Below, piece after piece: positions 15,301 to 27,000 of a DNA stretch of 64,000 nt. Under the pieces are notes generated by a model. The model was not told the DNA's origin, searched no databases, and was given only the letters and a program-made list of their open reading frames with translations. The number at the start of each line of letters is the position of its first letter. Position 1 is the stretch's first letter. This stretch comes from Phallusia mammillata (taxonomy: Eukaryota): positions 18,848,001 to 18,912,000 of the forward strand of contig OZ281497.1 of the NCBI GenBank assembly GCA_965637545.1. Reading direction: 5' to 3'. Both the position numbers and the translations under genes were made by a program.

Positions 15301-18300
15301 GATGTGAATGTAAAGTACAGCGATTGATAGACCACAGTGCGACAGCAGGTAAGTACGTGGAAACAGCAATTTCTCTCACAGTGGAGCTTTTATCTCTGAG
15401 AAAAGACCTCATCAGTTGAAAAGCCTGCAAAAAGAAGAGATGTACATTTGCTTAATTTTTCTCTGCAACACTTTCAGAAATTTTTCGACTGTACCTGTTT
15501 GTATTTGTCGTCATCATCTTGAAGGGAATGAATAAGAGCAAGAGATTTCACAACTGAACATCTCACAGCATCCATCTTTTCCTCTTGCTCAATTTGCTGC
15601 AGTATGGATACAAGCAGGGATCCTCTCATTTCAGCCTGTCACAACCCAAACAACACAATTTAGCACAGAAAAAATAATTGAACCTGTATATCAGAGATTG
15701 CTATTTGTGCTGAAAATAAGCATGATGAGTTACAAACAATAAGTCAAACGTTTTACTCTATGGCAGGGGTGCCCAACCCGTCGATCGCGATCGACTGGTC
15801 GATCTCGGACTGATCCCAAGTCGATCGCGAGGGTTGCAGAAAATTATTTAAAATAGTTGCTTTGTAACGCGTTGCTGTACATAGATGACTTTATTGTGTG
15901 AATTAATCATAAGGATATGTTAATAAGCTCATAAGTAGGCGCTTTGTTACGTTACAAAAGTAATAGTTGCAGTAGTAATTGTTATTTTGTTCTGGTACTC
16001 GCTATGTCTTTGCTAATTTGTATTGGAATGGTAGATCTCGAGAGTTGAACTACCTCAAAAGTCGATCGCGAGTGAAAAAAGGTTGGGCACCCCTGCTCTA
16101 TGGTAATGTTTATGTATGTTATTGATAAAGAGGCAAAAGCACAGAAAAACAAAAATCATAAATAAACTGCATATTTGAAGCAAAATTATAATTCAAAACA
16201 ACTTGTCTCCACCTACTCGTAAATATGGGGCAATAGCGCCACAAGCTTCTGCTACAAGTTGACGACGTTCAGGATATTTGTGACCAATTTGCTCCCAGCA
16301 TTGTGGAAGTAATTCCTCTTCTGATCGACTTTCACCAATATGTTTTGCATATGCCACACAACCAAGCAGGATCATCTGCCTGTAGTAAAAAACAGATGGT
16401 TTACAAAATTTTCAAGACAGAAATGAATTGGTGTCAATAAAAAGTGAAGATGTGGGGCTGTTGGACCAAACACTAAAACTATTTTTTGCAAAGTAAAATA
16501 TACACAATATATTAATCTGCACTCAAAATTATTTGAATTGCAGAGGTGGGTTTTTACAGTTAGGCACAGTCAGCAATAAAGCTAACTCTGGGTCATGAAC
16601 TTTGGCATGTTATTTTTTGATCACATTTTAGTGAATTGCTGGGTCAACAGAGGTCAAACTTAGGAGGGCAAACATGTGAAATCAAGGCATTAGAAAAAAG
16701 GGAATTTAAATACACAGAAAAACAATACAATTCTCAATATCAGAAAATGAAAACTTTTGACAACTGCCAGCACGTTAAAATACTTTAAACCATTTTTGGA
16801 CAAACATGTGGAACAAAATGGCATAACATAAAATATATATATATACATATAAATGGCATAACAAAAAACATAGTAAATGCATTTTTATTTAAATGGCATA
16901 ACAAAAAAACATAATAAATGCATACCTATTTTTAAGCAAACCAGTACATATACACGTATATTGCCATTTGGCAATAAGTCAAACATACATATACTTTGAC
17001 AGTAATGCCTTAAGGGCTGCAAAAGGTCATATTGATTTTAGGGTTTAAGTGAAACTGTTAAGGAAGAAGCTTAACAATGGGAAAATCAATAAAGATTTAA
17101 TGGATTGGGGTCAATCTAGGAACCACCAAGAGACTTTCTAACTAGACTATAGGGATGTATTACAAATAGAGCACATGCTTTTGAACAAAGTATACACAAA
17201 GAAAAGCTATAACTCATGCTTGCATGCTAACCTCTACAAAAGCATTAACAAAGCAAGTTACAAACATAATAAAACAAGAACAAAACTTCAACTAACCTTT
17301 CAGTTTCATCTGGCTTTTTGATCAGATTAAACAGTATGTTTACCAGCTCATTACGAGTTGAAATTTCAGGGTGCAATGCTGCTGCACTAAGTAGGAGTGG
17401 AATCAGCTGATCCCGTTTAGCCAGAAGCACTGTTGGTACAATATGGGGCAGACATTTGGTCAGAAGACTGGTCAGTTGCTCTGGTGTTTTACAAACATTC
17501 AGAATCTGTAAATAATGTAAATATAGGCATGGTCTGTAATGCAATTAGTATAATTCAAAGACATTGTCGAACCTCTTCTTTAAGCCAGGAATTTTCCACA
17601 TTTGATTGGACTTTCGAATACAAGGCATTCCAGAATGGAGTAGTTAATTGACTGTAAAAAAAATCAATCTGGTCATACTAATTTGACATTATGAAAACAT
17701 AATTTAAATTGAAAAAAAAACGATAAAGAGTAAATACTAACCCATTTCTAAGCTGGATAGTTTCAGGAGTAATAGTATCAGAGTTTTGGGTAGTTTTGGT
17801 GGCAGAGCCATCAATAATATCCTCAGTGACTAATTGTTTGTTTTCGATAATTTCTGTTGGGGAAGTTGTAATGTTGCCATCAACATTAGTACAGTCATTT
17901 ATCACCTCAACAGCTTGCATTGATTGTAGCCTCACAATTTCTTCACAAGCAAATTTGGCTTCTCTGAAAATTAGATACCCAACACTTTAGACATTACTTA
18001 ATAGTTCAAGCAAGTAACAAATATACCTTTTACAATTTTCCAATTCTTTCTGTAAGTCAAGGTTTTCCTTTTCAAAACACATCACCTGTTTTTGAAGTGT
18101 TTCTACAGTGGAATTTAGATCAGCAACTTCAACCTAAAAAGAAATCACAATTTCAGTTATGCCACTGCAATATTGTAGTTGCTTATACACTAAAACCCAC
18201 TAAATAAAGTTTTGTACATGACTAGAAATTTTCGATTTAAATCTTTCTTGACAGAAAAAATTCCTTAAAACTGGTCAATAACACAGAAAAACATAGCAAA

Positions 18301-19609
18301 TTCATAAATTCAGGTGCTTACTGATGAATTGGTTTCCATCTCCTCTGTCATAGTTCCAACTTGTTTCAACTGTGCCGATGGTATAACATGGTTGTTAAAG
18401 TCACGGTAGAGATTCAACAGACCTGGTGGCTTCGCAGTATTCAAACCCACATCATGCCAATCTTCAAAATCCTTCAACAACAAAAATTAAAAATCATATC
18501 TGTGCATCTGATCATTTTTAATGGTCTACTTTTTACCTGTTCCTCATTTTCATCAGCAAAAGTTATTGCAGAAAGTTTGTATTGGTGGTCAGTTAAATAT
18601 TCATTAACCAGATGATTGATGGCCCTAATCTCCAATGGTTTTGCTTCCTCAGTCTCAACCTCCCATCCATTGCCCAATTCTATCTGACCATTGGATATTG
18701 CTTCGTCAGTAATGTTTTGAAGGCACGAGGCTTCTTGCTCTAAAATAAAATATTTTCCTATTGTTGATGTTGCAAGCCATACAAATCAGTATGTCACCTG
18801 CTGTGTTGGTAAGGTTTGCTCGAAGTGACTTAATGGTATCTTTGGCCTTGCGAAGTTCAAACTCCAGAACTAAATAAAAAAACATACTTTAAACACTTAC
18901 AAAAAATACCTCCAAATATATATTCAAACACATTTAAGGTTTCAATCAAAAACAGAATGGAAAGATAGCTTGGGAATACAGAATACATTTTAGTCTTAGG
19001 TTATGGCTTTCATTAAATTAAGCCCAGGTGCAGTGTTCTTATGGTTTTGCTTGATGTAACAGATTTGGGACATTTTTTATGCAAGGGAAATTAAAAAATA
19101 AACTTACCAGCAATACGTTCATCTACCTGTTGTCCATCATCGGAAAATCTTGTTATATCAAGTGAATCGAATGTACTGCAGCTACTGGTGCGATCTGTAT
19201 TAAACAATTGTTCAATCCAGTAAATACTCAAAATATATATATATTAAACAAAAAAACATAACATCCTAATATTTACAAACATATTACGTCCATGCTTCGT
19301 GCAAGTTACCAACAACATATAAAAACACTAACACAGGCCTTCTGATGTTTCTTTGCAATTAATTTGTTGCTCAAAGTTGCTTGGATTGGAAAAAAAGTTG
19401 CGTAATCTAGGTAGATCTTTTCCCCTTTCCTGCATTTCCGTATACAGCTCCAAAGCAGTCAAGACATAGTTTTTCTTCAAAAGTTGTTCTGCAAGAATGT
19501 CCACTGGAATTTCACCATCCATTTTAGCTGGTGATGATTGGTGAGCATAAACATGTTTTGGAGTTTCACTGTCACTATCATCATCAAGAAATGGATTTGA
19601 ACCAGACAT
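6333..19609 (-). CDS. RELCH: RAB11-binding LisH, coiled-coil and HEAT-repeat protein (KIAA1468), >20 exons
   Basis: First exon MSGSNPFLDDD...ILAEQLLKKNYVLTALELYTEM..GKDLPRLRNFFSNPSNFE. A second LisH-like segment reads PLEIRAINHLVNEYLTDHQYKLSAITFADENEEQ. HEAT exons include LLPQCWEQIGHKYPERRQLVAEACG, VLWSGVMHESPLVR and RVATIPAF. The last exon ends PTMFRWKK* (TAG at 6333-6335). Not every internal boundary was checked. Confidence 0.92.
8800..11097 (+). CDS. Leucine-rich-repeat type I membrane protein (signal peptide, LRRNT, ~8-9 LRRs, LRRCT-like cap, TM, ~200-aa tail), 2 exons (8800-8984, 9453-11097), 609 aa
   Basis: Exon 1 gives MSGIKFSVLILVNLLHCTIFISA-CPSKCVCAGQLVNC. Exon 2 has repeated LxxLxLxxN motifs, a hydrophobic IVIITVVSAIVLIGLILTIIMIY followed by RVKR, and a Tyr-rich tail. 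The phase-2 GT-AG junction joins to 1830 nt in frame. Confidence 0.9.
8997..9309. mobile_element. hAT-type MITE (313 bp)
   Basis: TIRs CAGGGATGGGCAACC / GGTTGCCCACCCCTG (14/15 match). Perfect 8-bp TSD GTCTATAG at 8989-8996 and 9310-9317. Subterminal GCGGCCC/GGCCC motifs. Confidence 0.92.
12599..13517. mobile_element. hAT-type non-autonomous element (919 bp including a probable nested insertion)
   Basis: Perfect 15-bp TIRs CAGTGGTTCTTAACC / GGTTAAGAACCACTG. Perfect 8-bp TSD ATCTAATG at 12591-12598 and 13518-13525. CGAACCCC is repeated near both ends. Confidence 0.92.
12988..13351. mobile_element. Probable degenerate hAT MITE nested inside the 12599-13517 element
   Basis: Left end is CAGGGGTGCACAACC and right end is ...CACCCCTG. 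Flanks CCTTAGTG / CCTAAGTT match at 6/8. The right TIR is decayed. Confidence 0.55.
14355..14700. repeat. Tandem repeat, ~156-157-bp unit, ~2.2 copies
   Basis: Units start TGTTGA(T/C)CAAAACGTGGGAACAAATCCG at 14355, 14511 and 14668. The two full units are nearly identical, and a short extra TTGTTGATCAAAACG lies near 14318. Confidence 0.9.
14738..14768. other. Perfect hairpin (14-bp stem, 3-nt loop)
   Basis: TATGGGTCCCCTTC-AGG-GAAGGGGACCCATA, immediately after an A-rich tract that follows the tandem repeat. Confidence 0.9.
15764..16095. mobile_element. hAT-type MITE (332 bp) in a RELCH intron
   Basis: Perfect 15-bp TIRs CAGGGGTGCCCAACC / GGTTGGGCACCCCTG. Perfect TSD CTCTATGG at 15756-15763 and 16096-16103. 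Subterminal GTCGATC motifs. Confidence 0.93.
16816..16923. repeat. Short imperfect direct repeat (3 x AAATGGCATAACA, 35-40 bp apart) with a (TA)n tract
   Basis: Copies at about 16816, 16851 and 16891; intronic. Confidence 0.7.
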
Positions 19610-20854
19610 CTGTGTTGGTTTTAGAAAAGCTGTTGGTCAAAAAATTGTTTTGCCAGAAATGTGACCATTACATGACAGCTTATATCGCTTTAACAATCTT
19701 ACACAGTCAACATAATCATGCTCTATGAATTAACCTAAATAATAACTGCACATTACTAAATATATAGAACAAGCTCAAATACAAAAGATAAAACTGCCAA
19801 ATGTTTCCATGAAATCAATAGTATCATCATTTTAAAACAACCCCCAAAAATCAACAAACCTATGGGTTTTGAGTTTTGACGTTTTGTACACACACAAAAT
19901 GTTTGTTCACTGCAAAAAATCAAATTTGGTGTGAAAGAAGTTTTCTATAAATTTGCAAACATGTTTCTATCATTTGATATTACTTTGTCTATTTTTAAGC
20001 AACAGTGTCAAATGTAACATAGTAAGAAAATCAACAACTACGAACAAAAAACGACAAAACACAGTTCGCACGTCTTTGTGTGCCCTGTAGGCTTTTGCTT
20101 GCATTAAACAGTGCTTTAGGTGTAAATTTACAGGTACGCTCTGAAAAATGAATTCGCAATCCTCTCAGCAGATGGAAAAGACCTGCTTAAAACGCTTTTG
20201 AACTGCAACGATTTAACAATGGAACTACAGTGGCAATATTTTTTGTATTCTTTAGTTTTGAATGCGTAAAAGTGTTCGCAACATTTACGTACCACTTGTA
20301 TGGACTTACACTGACCATAACGTGCAAAAATGTTTACGTATTAACAAAAGTTTACTTATGTTAATTTTTTGATAAAATCGGAATTAAACATTAAAGATAA
20401 GTAAGCAACATATATTCAAACTTATTGATTTAATCTGAATATATCGCAACTTGCCCGGATCCGATGAGTTAAAAATAATTTTCACTCGTTTAAATCGATA
20501 AGCTTTATCTGAAAGAATTACAGGAGTCTAATAATTGTCACTTTACCAGTTCGCTTTTGTTTGTCCGATTTGCTGCACAGTGTCAGTATTCGCAGTGTTA
20601 TTGTTGAAGTTTGCATGCTTTATCTGTACTTATGGTTACTACGATAAACAATTGAGCGAAACTTATGTGTTAATCATGTAATAAAATTGGAGATTCATTT
20701 ATTAATATAGATATCTTTTTTTAGTTGCTCTTTCAGGAAAATTGTTGAATGCAACTTTCGCCTTTTGTGCACCTGGGCTTTATCTTTATGCAGCATTTTT
20801 TAAATTGGCTTAAAAGATTTGTATTCAAAGAATCCAAGTTATAATGTATTGAAC

Positions 20855-21034
20855 CAGTGGTGGGATTCAAATTTTTTGTCAGCCGGTTCTATCAGAAAAT
20901 TCGTATTTTTCAGCCGGTTTTGTTACAAAAAGTCAATTGACAGTGACCAGTTATGCCAACCGGTTCGCTGATCTCATAAAATTTCGTGAGACGGTTCTAT
21001 AGAACCGGTGCAAACCGGCTGTTTCCCACCACTG
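20855..21034. mobile_element. 180-bp MITE with 8-bp TSD (hAT-like); same family as 32693-32872
   Basis: TIR CAGTGGTGGGA / TCCCACCACTG. Perfect TSD TATTGAAC at 20847-20854 and 21035-21042. Internal CGGTT/AACCGG motifs. Confidence 0.9.
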
Positions 21035-21221
21035 TATTGAACCCATTAGCAGTGTATATTATAATTATGTACATTTTTATGTGTCCTTTTAAAAAAAAAA
21101 ACTTTGATAGTGTATGTGTAATGGCAAAATACAAATCCACCCTTCTAGTTCTTATCTGTTATAAGGTAAAGCGGGTATAGAGCGCTGAACTAATATTGAC
21201 TCTTTTTTACAGAAATTTAAG

Positions 21222-22949
21222 ATGTCGTTTGATATGTCTGAAATGGATTATGCCGTTACAGAGGAAACCTTGCAGAATAACTCCTTTCCTACTGATGCAT
21301 TTGCAATGCTGCAAAGAATTCGGCGTCTTGGGAAAATGTGTGATGTTACATTGAAGGTTGATGATACCCAGTATTCTGCCCATCGCATTGTCCTTGCTGC
21401 ATCAATTCCATATTTTAACAGCATGTTTACCTCAGACATGGTGGAGGCACATAAAAATGAGATCCTAATTCAGGGAATAGAAGAACATGCCCTGGAAGCT
21501 CTAATAAATTATGCCTACACTGGAAGCATTACAGTGGACAGCAGAACAGTTCAATCCATTATGGTAGGAGCGAACTTCCTACAACTTGATGTTGTGAAGG
21601 ACTTCTGTTGTGACTTCCTGAAAAAGCAACTACATCCAAACAACTGCCTTGGCATTCGGCAATTCGGTGAAATGCTCATGTGCATGCCACTTGTTGAGAA
21701 AGCTAACAGCTATCTTCATCAACACTTTGTTGAGGTGTCCAAGTCTGAGGAGTTTTTGTTGCATACAAAGGAATCTGTTATCAATATTTTGTCTCGGAAT
21801 GAGCTTCATGTCAAATCAGAGGAACAAGTTTTTTATGCTGCCGCAGCTTGGGTAAAACATGATTTTGAAAATCGCTCATCTTTTATGCAGGATTTGTTGC
21901 AACAGGTGCGGTTACCATTGCTTCGTCCTGAGTTTTTAAGTGATGTTGTTCAAACTGACCAGGCTGTGAAGTGTTGCCTTAAATGCCGAGATTTAGTAGA
22001 CAAAGCAAAAGATTATCATCTCATTCCCGATCGACGGTCTGAATTTCCACCCAATATTGTCCGCCCCAGATACTGCAGCGAAATTCTTGACATGATTTTT
22101 GCTGTGGGTGGTCTCACATCTGCTGGTGAAGCTCTAAACACAGTGGAAAAGTACACACCAATTGTTGGAAGATGGGAATTGGTGGCATCCATGCGCACTT
22201 GCCGAAGTCGTGTTGGTGTTGCTGTCCTAGCTGGCCAGCTGTATGCTGTTGGAGGTTATGATGGTACAAACCGCCTCAACACTGTTGAAATTTATCTTCC
22301 AGACACAGATGAGTGGTGTGATATCAAACCCATGCAGGAAAAGCGGAGTGCACTGGGTTGTGTTGCACATGATGACCAATTGTTTGTATGTGGTGGATAT
22401 GACGGCATTGCCTCATTGAGCAGCTGTGAAGTGTACCGACCACACACCCAAGCATGGGACAAAGTTGCCAATATGAACAAAAGCCGAAGTGCTGCCGCTG
22501 TAGCTGTGTTTGAAAGTTCTGTATATGTTTTGGGTGGGCATGATGGTCTGTCTATTTTTAATTCGATTGAATTTTATGACCAAAAACAAGACAAATGGTG
22601 CCTTAGTGTGCCAATGCTTTCTAAACGATGCCGACATGGGGTAGCTTCACTACAAGGTCGCATGTTTGTCTTTGGTGGCTATGATGGACAGAAGTTTCTC
22701 AACTCTGTGGAAGTGTTTGACCGGGTCACCAACCAGTGGTGTTTTTTGGCACCCATGAGCCTTCGAAGAAGTCGAGTGGGAGTTGCAGTCAGCGGTGGAA
22801 AAATATACGCCCTTGGTGGATATGATGGCTGTTCAAACCTCAATTCAGTGGAAATGTATGATCCAGAGACCAACTCATGGAAGCAATCTGATCGTATGTG
22901 GGCACATGATGGAGGTGTTGGAGTTGGAGCTGTCCCATTTTCAGGCTAG
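21222..22949 (+). CDS. KLHL18: Kelch-like protein 18 (BTB-BACK-6 Kelch), single coding exon, 575 aa
   Basis: LCDVTLK..SAHRIVLAASIPYF, LHPNNCLGIRQF, VRCC-type CRDLVDKAKDYHL, six GG-Y/H-DG Kelch repeats and terminal HDGGVGVGAVP closely follow human KLHL18 as I recall it. Confidence 0.93.
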   Translation: MSFDMSEMDYAVTEETLQNNSFPTDAFAMLQRIRRLGKMCDVTLKVDDTQYSAHRIVLAASIPYFNSMFTSDMVEAHKNEILIQGIEEHALEALINYAYTGSITVDSRTVQSIMVGANFLQLDVVKDFCCDFLKKQLHPNNCLGIRQFGEMLMCMPLVEKANSYLHQHFVEVSKSEEFLLHTKESVINILSRNELHVKSEEQVFYAAAAWVKHDFENRSSFMQDLLQQVRLPLLRPEFLSDVVQTDQAVKCCLKCRDLVDKAKDYHLIPDRRSEFPPNIVRPRYCSEILDMIFAVGGLTSAGEALNTVEKYTPIVGRWELVASMRTCRSRVGVAVLAGQLYAVGGYDGTNRLNTVEIYLPDTDEWCDIKPMQEKRSALGCVAHDDQLFVCGGYDGIASLSSCEVYRPHTQAWDKVANMNKSRSAAAVAVFESSVYVLGGHDGLSIFNSIEFYDQKQDKWCLSVPMLSKRCRHGVASLQGRMFVFGGYDGQKFLNSVEVFDRVTNQWCFLAPMSLRRSRVGVAVSGGKIYALGGYDGCSNLNSVEMYDPETNSWKQSDRMWAHDGGVGVGAVPFSG

Positions 22950-23645
22950 ACTTATAGACAATATTTGTAACAAAACATTATAGCCCATATTATTTGCAGC
23001 GTTTGGTTATTATTTACCTAAATATATACCTTTTTTACTTGTGTGCAATGTAGCATTAATTTAAAATGCTTAATTCAACTGAATCATTCATTTTATCTAC
23101 CTTGTCATATCAAGTGTGTTAGAGTCTGCCATTTTTTTAAAACATCTTTGCTTTCTGTTCTATTGTTAAATAAGTGTTGTTTTGATGTTCTTGTTTAGAA
23201 AATAAACATTTTATTTTGTTTCCTTGCAATTTGGAGTCATATGGAAAACTATTGATTTACAGCGAATTGTGTTCATAAGGCAGAATTTGTAATGTGGATT
23301 GAAAAATGTGTGAACAGAACCGAATACCTACCTCTTTAAGTGAAGTTAAAAACGATGACAAATGATAAAATATTTGTAGTTTAATGTTAGAACAATGGAC
23401 TGGAACCAATTTTCTAATCCATGACTCCACAACAAATGCATAGGTCTTGTTTAGGGTAGCTAACCAAATTATTTTGCTGTTGGGCTGCAAAACAAATACC
23501 CTTAAAACGGTAGAACTAAATATAACATGATTTGTCGCATGCAATGACAAGGCAGGCAGTTTTACAGGACATGAATATGCTTTAATGAAAATTATGATTT
23601 TGCGGACTTTTGAATTCGCTGATTTCACAATGTGATATTCTAAAC

Positions 23646-23980
23646 CAGGGGTACATGTACCCCTTGGGGGTACGAAGCACCAAAGTAGGGGGTACGACAG
23701 TCAATGTGAAATTATACATTATTTAGGCATATTTGTGAAGAATGCGTAACAAGTTACTTTGTTATGTGTAGTTGATTTTAATTGCCTGATTGTTGGTGTT
23801 CTGTAAATTTTGTTGAACTTACAAGACTGTTTTAATGCATGTATTCAACATGTAAGTTATAAATACACTGAGATTAATTCCCATTATTGTTTGCTTCTGT
23901 CGGCCATTGTAGAGAGGGGGTACAAGAAAATATCATGAAAGCTCAAGGGGTACAAGCACTAAAAAGGTTAAGAAACACTG
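23646..23980. mobile_element. hAT-type MITE (335 bp) with a damaged left TIR
   Basis: Perfect TSD TTCTAAAC at 23638-23645 and 23981-23988. Right end is GGTTAAGAAACACTG. Left end is CAGGGGTACATGTACCCC, lacking the inner TIR. GGGGTAC motifs occur at both ends. Confidence 0.85.
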
Positions 23981-24200
23981 TTCTAAACGATATACCCTGC
24001 TGTATTTAGTACCACCCCCTTTAGATCTTTAGCTTGTAGGCTATAAAATATAACAAGTTATAAGAAAACCAATCAGATTTTTAAGCATAAATCATTTATT
24101 ACGGTTGAACTCAAAATTTCCGAAAAATTTATAAACATAAATACATCCAATTTTTGTTTTATTTAAATGAAGCAAACATTGGCATGCAGTACAACATATT

Positions 24201-24740
24201 TTATGCAACCAGTTGATTCTTCAAATTCCCACGAAGTTTCCAAATTTTCAGAGCATTTGTCATGCGGAAAGGAATCATCGTCAGTCGTTCAGTGTAGTCT
24301 TCAAAATCCAAGAGGGCACACTTCATCATCTGTCGCTCATTTATTTCTTGTTTTGCATTGTGTATAAGCGGGTCCAAGTACTGGTGGTCAGCATCCATGG
24401 GGGTCCACTGGTCAGTAGGCAAAATCTGGTGATTTGCAGAAAGCAACAAGGCACGGTTGATTCGGAAATATCTTGCTTGATGTTGCTCTTCTGTCATGCG
24501 CCCTCTGGCAAGTTGAATTATAGGATCCTTTTCATTTAACATATCATGTCGCAAGAGCCCCAGTTTACAGTATCCTGTGGTGATGTAGTTGAACTTATGG
24601 AGTTTCTTTTCAAGTTGAGCAGAATCAGCATGTATGCAATCCAACTGGTTGGCATACTTTCCTACCTGCCAATCCAAGTTAACAGCAAATGCAGGGCGAA
24701 CTTTTTGTAGCACCTGCAATCCATGCTTTGTTGCAGACAT
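24201..24740 (-). CDS. UQCRB: Cytochrome b-c1 complex subunit 7 (UQCRB/QCR7)-like, single coding exon, 179 aa with N- and C-terminal extensions
   Basis: The core GYCKLGLLRHD..RYFRINRALLLSANHQILPTDQWT..YLDPLI aligns with human [41 protein letters not shown] as recalled. Confidence 0.85.
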   Translation of the reverse strand: MSATKHGLQVLQKVRPAFAVNLDWQVGKYANQLDCIHADSAQLEKKLHKFNYITTGYCKLGLLRHDMLNEKDPIIQLARGRMTEEQHQARYFRINRALLLSANHQILPTDQWTPMDADHQYLDPLIHNAKQEINERQMMKCALLDFEDYTERLTMIPFRMTNALKIWKLRGNLKNQLVA

Positions 24741-26298
24741 TTTACCAATGAAACAACCTAAAAAAACATTTTTTTAACAAAAAAGGAACATTAAGACAAA
24801 CAGTTGGTTTGCACACATGTCACACATTATTTTATAACATGTCTCTGAAGTAATATCATTAACTCTCTTCTCACTTAATGTAACCTTTCTCATATGTGGT
24901 CGCATGTGTTTCATTATTCATGGTGCATTTTTGTACCAGTAGGTTAAAAGCAAAAACAGTAAGAAGTATGTTGACAGGAAAGACATACACTTTAAAAAAT
25001 AAATAATCATTTCCATTTCATCCCATTTCTTCAGAATTATTTTCTCAACAACTGATAGTCAAGGAATAGGAACAGATCCAGTTAACCAGATTCCTGATAG
25101 TATTTAACCAAACTATTTTCTTAATAAGTGATGGGTAATGGTTTGGGTTGTGCAAAAATGTGCCTATTAACCAGATTGGCATCATTTTGTCAGTAGTTAG
25201 ATTAGATGCAGGACTGGACATTTGTAATCGTTAACATAACTTTCTAATAACGAAAAGCTATTCAACAACCTTATATTGTTTCATAGCCTCATGCTAATTG
25301 CATTCAAAGGTTTGTTACAACCCCGAAAAAACGTCCTGTTAATTTGTAACCATTTATCATGTGTTTAATTATAATGCACAAAGGTTTTTTACAAAAACAG
25401 TTATTTAACATCACAAAAAAGGTACAGGTACTTGTAAAACGTAAGTTGTTTAACAAATCTTAAAACTTCACACAAATGAAAATAATTTTAGCAGCACAAA
25501 AACGCTTTTTCAAATCATGCAGCACAGAAATGTCTCACAAATCAGTCCTATAAAATATATAACACATATGAATATATTACCATATAATGGTTTCAAATTC
25601 TCAAAACTAACAAACGCTCGTTACGCACGGTTACTAAACATGTTCTAAAAATAACCCAACGACATTACAACGGTTCACAAGTCCTGATAAAGTCGACAAT
25701 GTCAAAACTTTCGACACCCTTTTCTTTACTTTAACGTACACCTTTTAGTACACACATTTTAAAAGCATTTTTGATCAAATGGAAAGCGGTAGTTACCGGG
25801 GGGATGTAAGTTAAAAAGAAACAAATATGTTTAGCACTTAAATATTCATAGTTATATTTGAGAACAAATTCTGTAATAACGTCTGCCTATCAACATTTAT
25901 TTTACGGTAGACTCACAACCAACGTCACAAGTTTATGCAGCCGATATCACTCATTTACAATTTATCACTCATTACAAAAAGAAGTATCGTCGATAATGAC
26001 GTGTGTTTTATCTATGTAAAGTTATTAACTTAAACTTTCACTTTTAGAGATTGCCGTCCTAGACTATCGAGTATCGAAGTTATAGTAAATAAGCGCTAAG
26101 ATCATTCAAGAATATGATTCCACGAACGTTTTATTTTGTCATCGTACCATTATCAGTACTCTTCCGTTGTCACTTTTCGTCATCTAAGACCTTATGCACA
26201 ATTGTAAAGGTATAATCAGTTTTGTTCACTATACATTCACATGCGATGTTACGATAGCAACCTTTATTGACTCACATCTCTTACCTTAGGGTCATTAC

Positions 26299-26384
26299 TA
26301 GTGATGCACCGAACCCGGCTCAAAACGTTCGGCCGAAACCGAATATTCAATGTTCCGGCCAACCGAAACTTTTGTGCATCATTA
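26299..26384. mobile_element. 86-bp internally deleted copy of the TAGTGATGCACCGAA hAT family (inverted relative to 59071-59466)
   Basis: The left end TAGTGATGCACCGAACCCG matches the reverse complement of the 59466 end. The right end matches the 59071 start (GTTTCGGTTGGCCG). The TSD is only 5/8. Confidence 0.75.
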
Positions 26385-26575
26385 GTAAATAGTAATAATA
26401 CAGACCCTTTAATCGGACTAAGCTCAGACAGCCAAGATAAAGTGTAAAATATCCTTAGCAAAAGATACTTCTTTAATTAAGTACGACTTCACCGTGAATA
26501 AAACCCTACACCTTTACTGTAGGTTTAACATTATTTTAAGTGAATCATCAAAGTAATCTTAGCTATAGATAAATA

Positions 26576-26655
26576 CCGTATTTACTAGATTGAAAGTCGC
26601 ACAAACGGTGGGTAAATAACTTTATAAGCCGCGACTTACAATGGAATAAATACGG
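26576..26655. mobile_element. 80-bp Tc1/mariner (pogo-like) MITE
   Basis: 25-bp TIRs CCGTATTTACTAGATTGAAAGTCGC vs CCGTATTTATTCCATTGTAAGTCGC (4 mismatches), flanked by TA on both sides. Confidence 0.8.
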
Positions 26656-27000
26656 TACAGTCCACAAAAAAATGAGTTAAGCAAAACCGACTGTTAAAAG
26701 CAAAACGTTTGCAGCCGCACAGGAGTTATATGTTCGATGCAGGTAACATAACAATTTATTCGTAAACACTCAAGTAAAAGGCATACACATTGTCAACTGT
26801 CCAGATTTAAAAAACACGATACAATTTAAAAGTCAAAACAAAGTCAATATTTAACGAGTGTGCGCATATTTTGCAAAGGAACAATTCGTTTGTAGGCACG
26901 AATCACCAAACCACACAACAAAATTGCTAACAATCACCAACAGTGCGATGCGAGTCGATTGTTGATTTCTAAAATAAGTGCACAAAACACCGAGTGACGA

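Noticed and set aside
20134-20269. Protein-like 44-codon stretch (YALKNEFAILSADGKDLLKTLL...) between RELCH and KLHL18
   Set aside because: No start codon, partner exon or recognisable family.
21248-22983. Several 60-75 aa antisense or alternative-frame ORFs over KLHL18 (similarly over the LRR, UQCRB-like, orphan and SLCO genes)
   Set aside because: Shadow ORFs of real coding exons.
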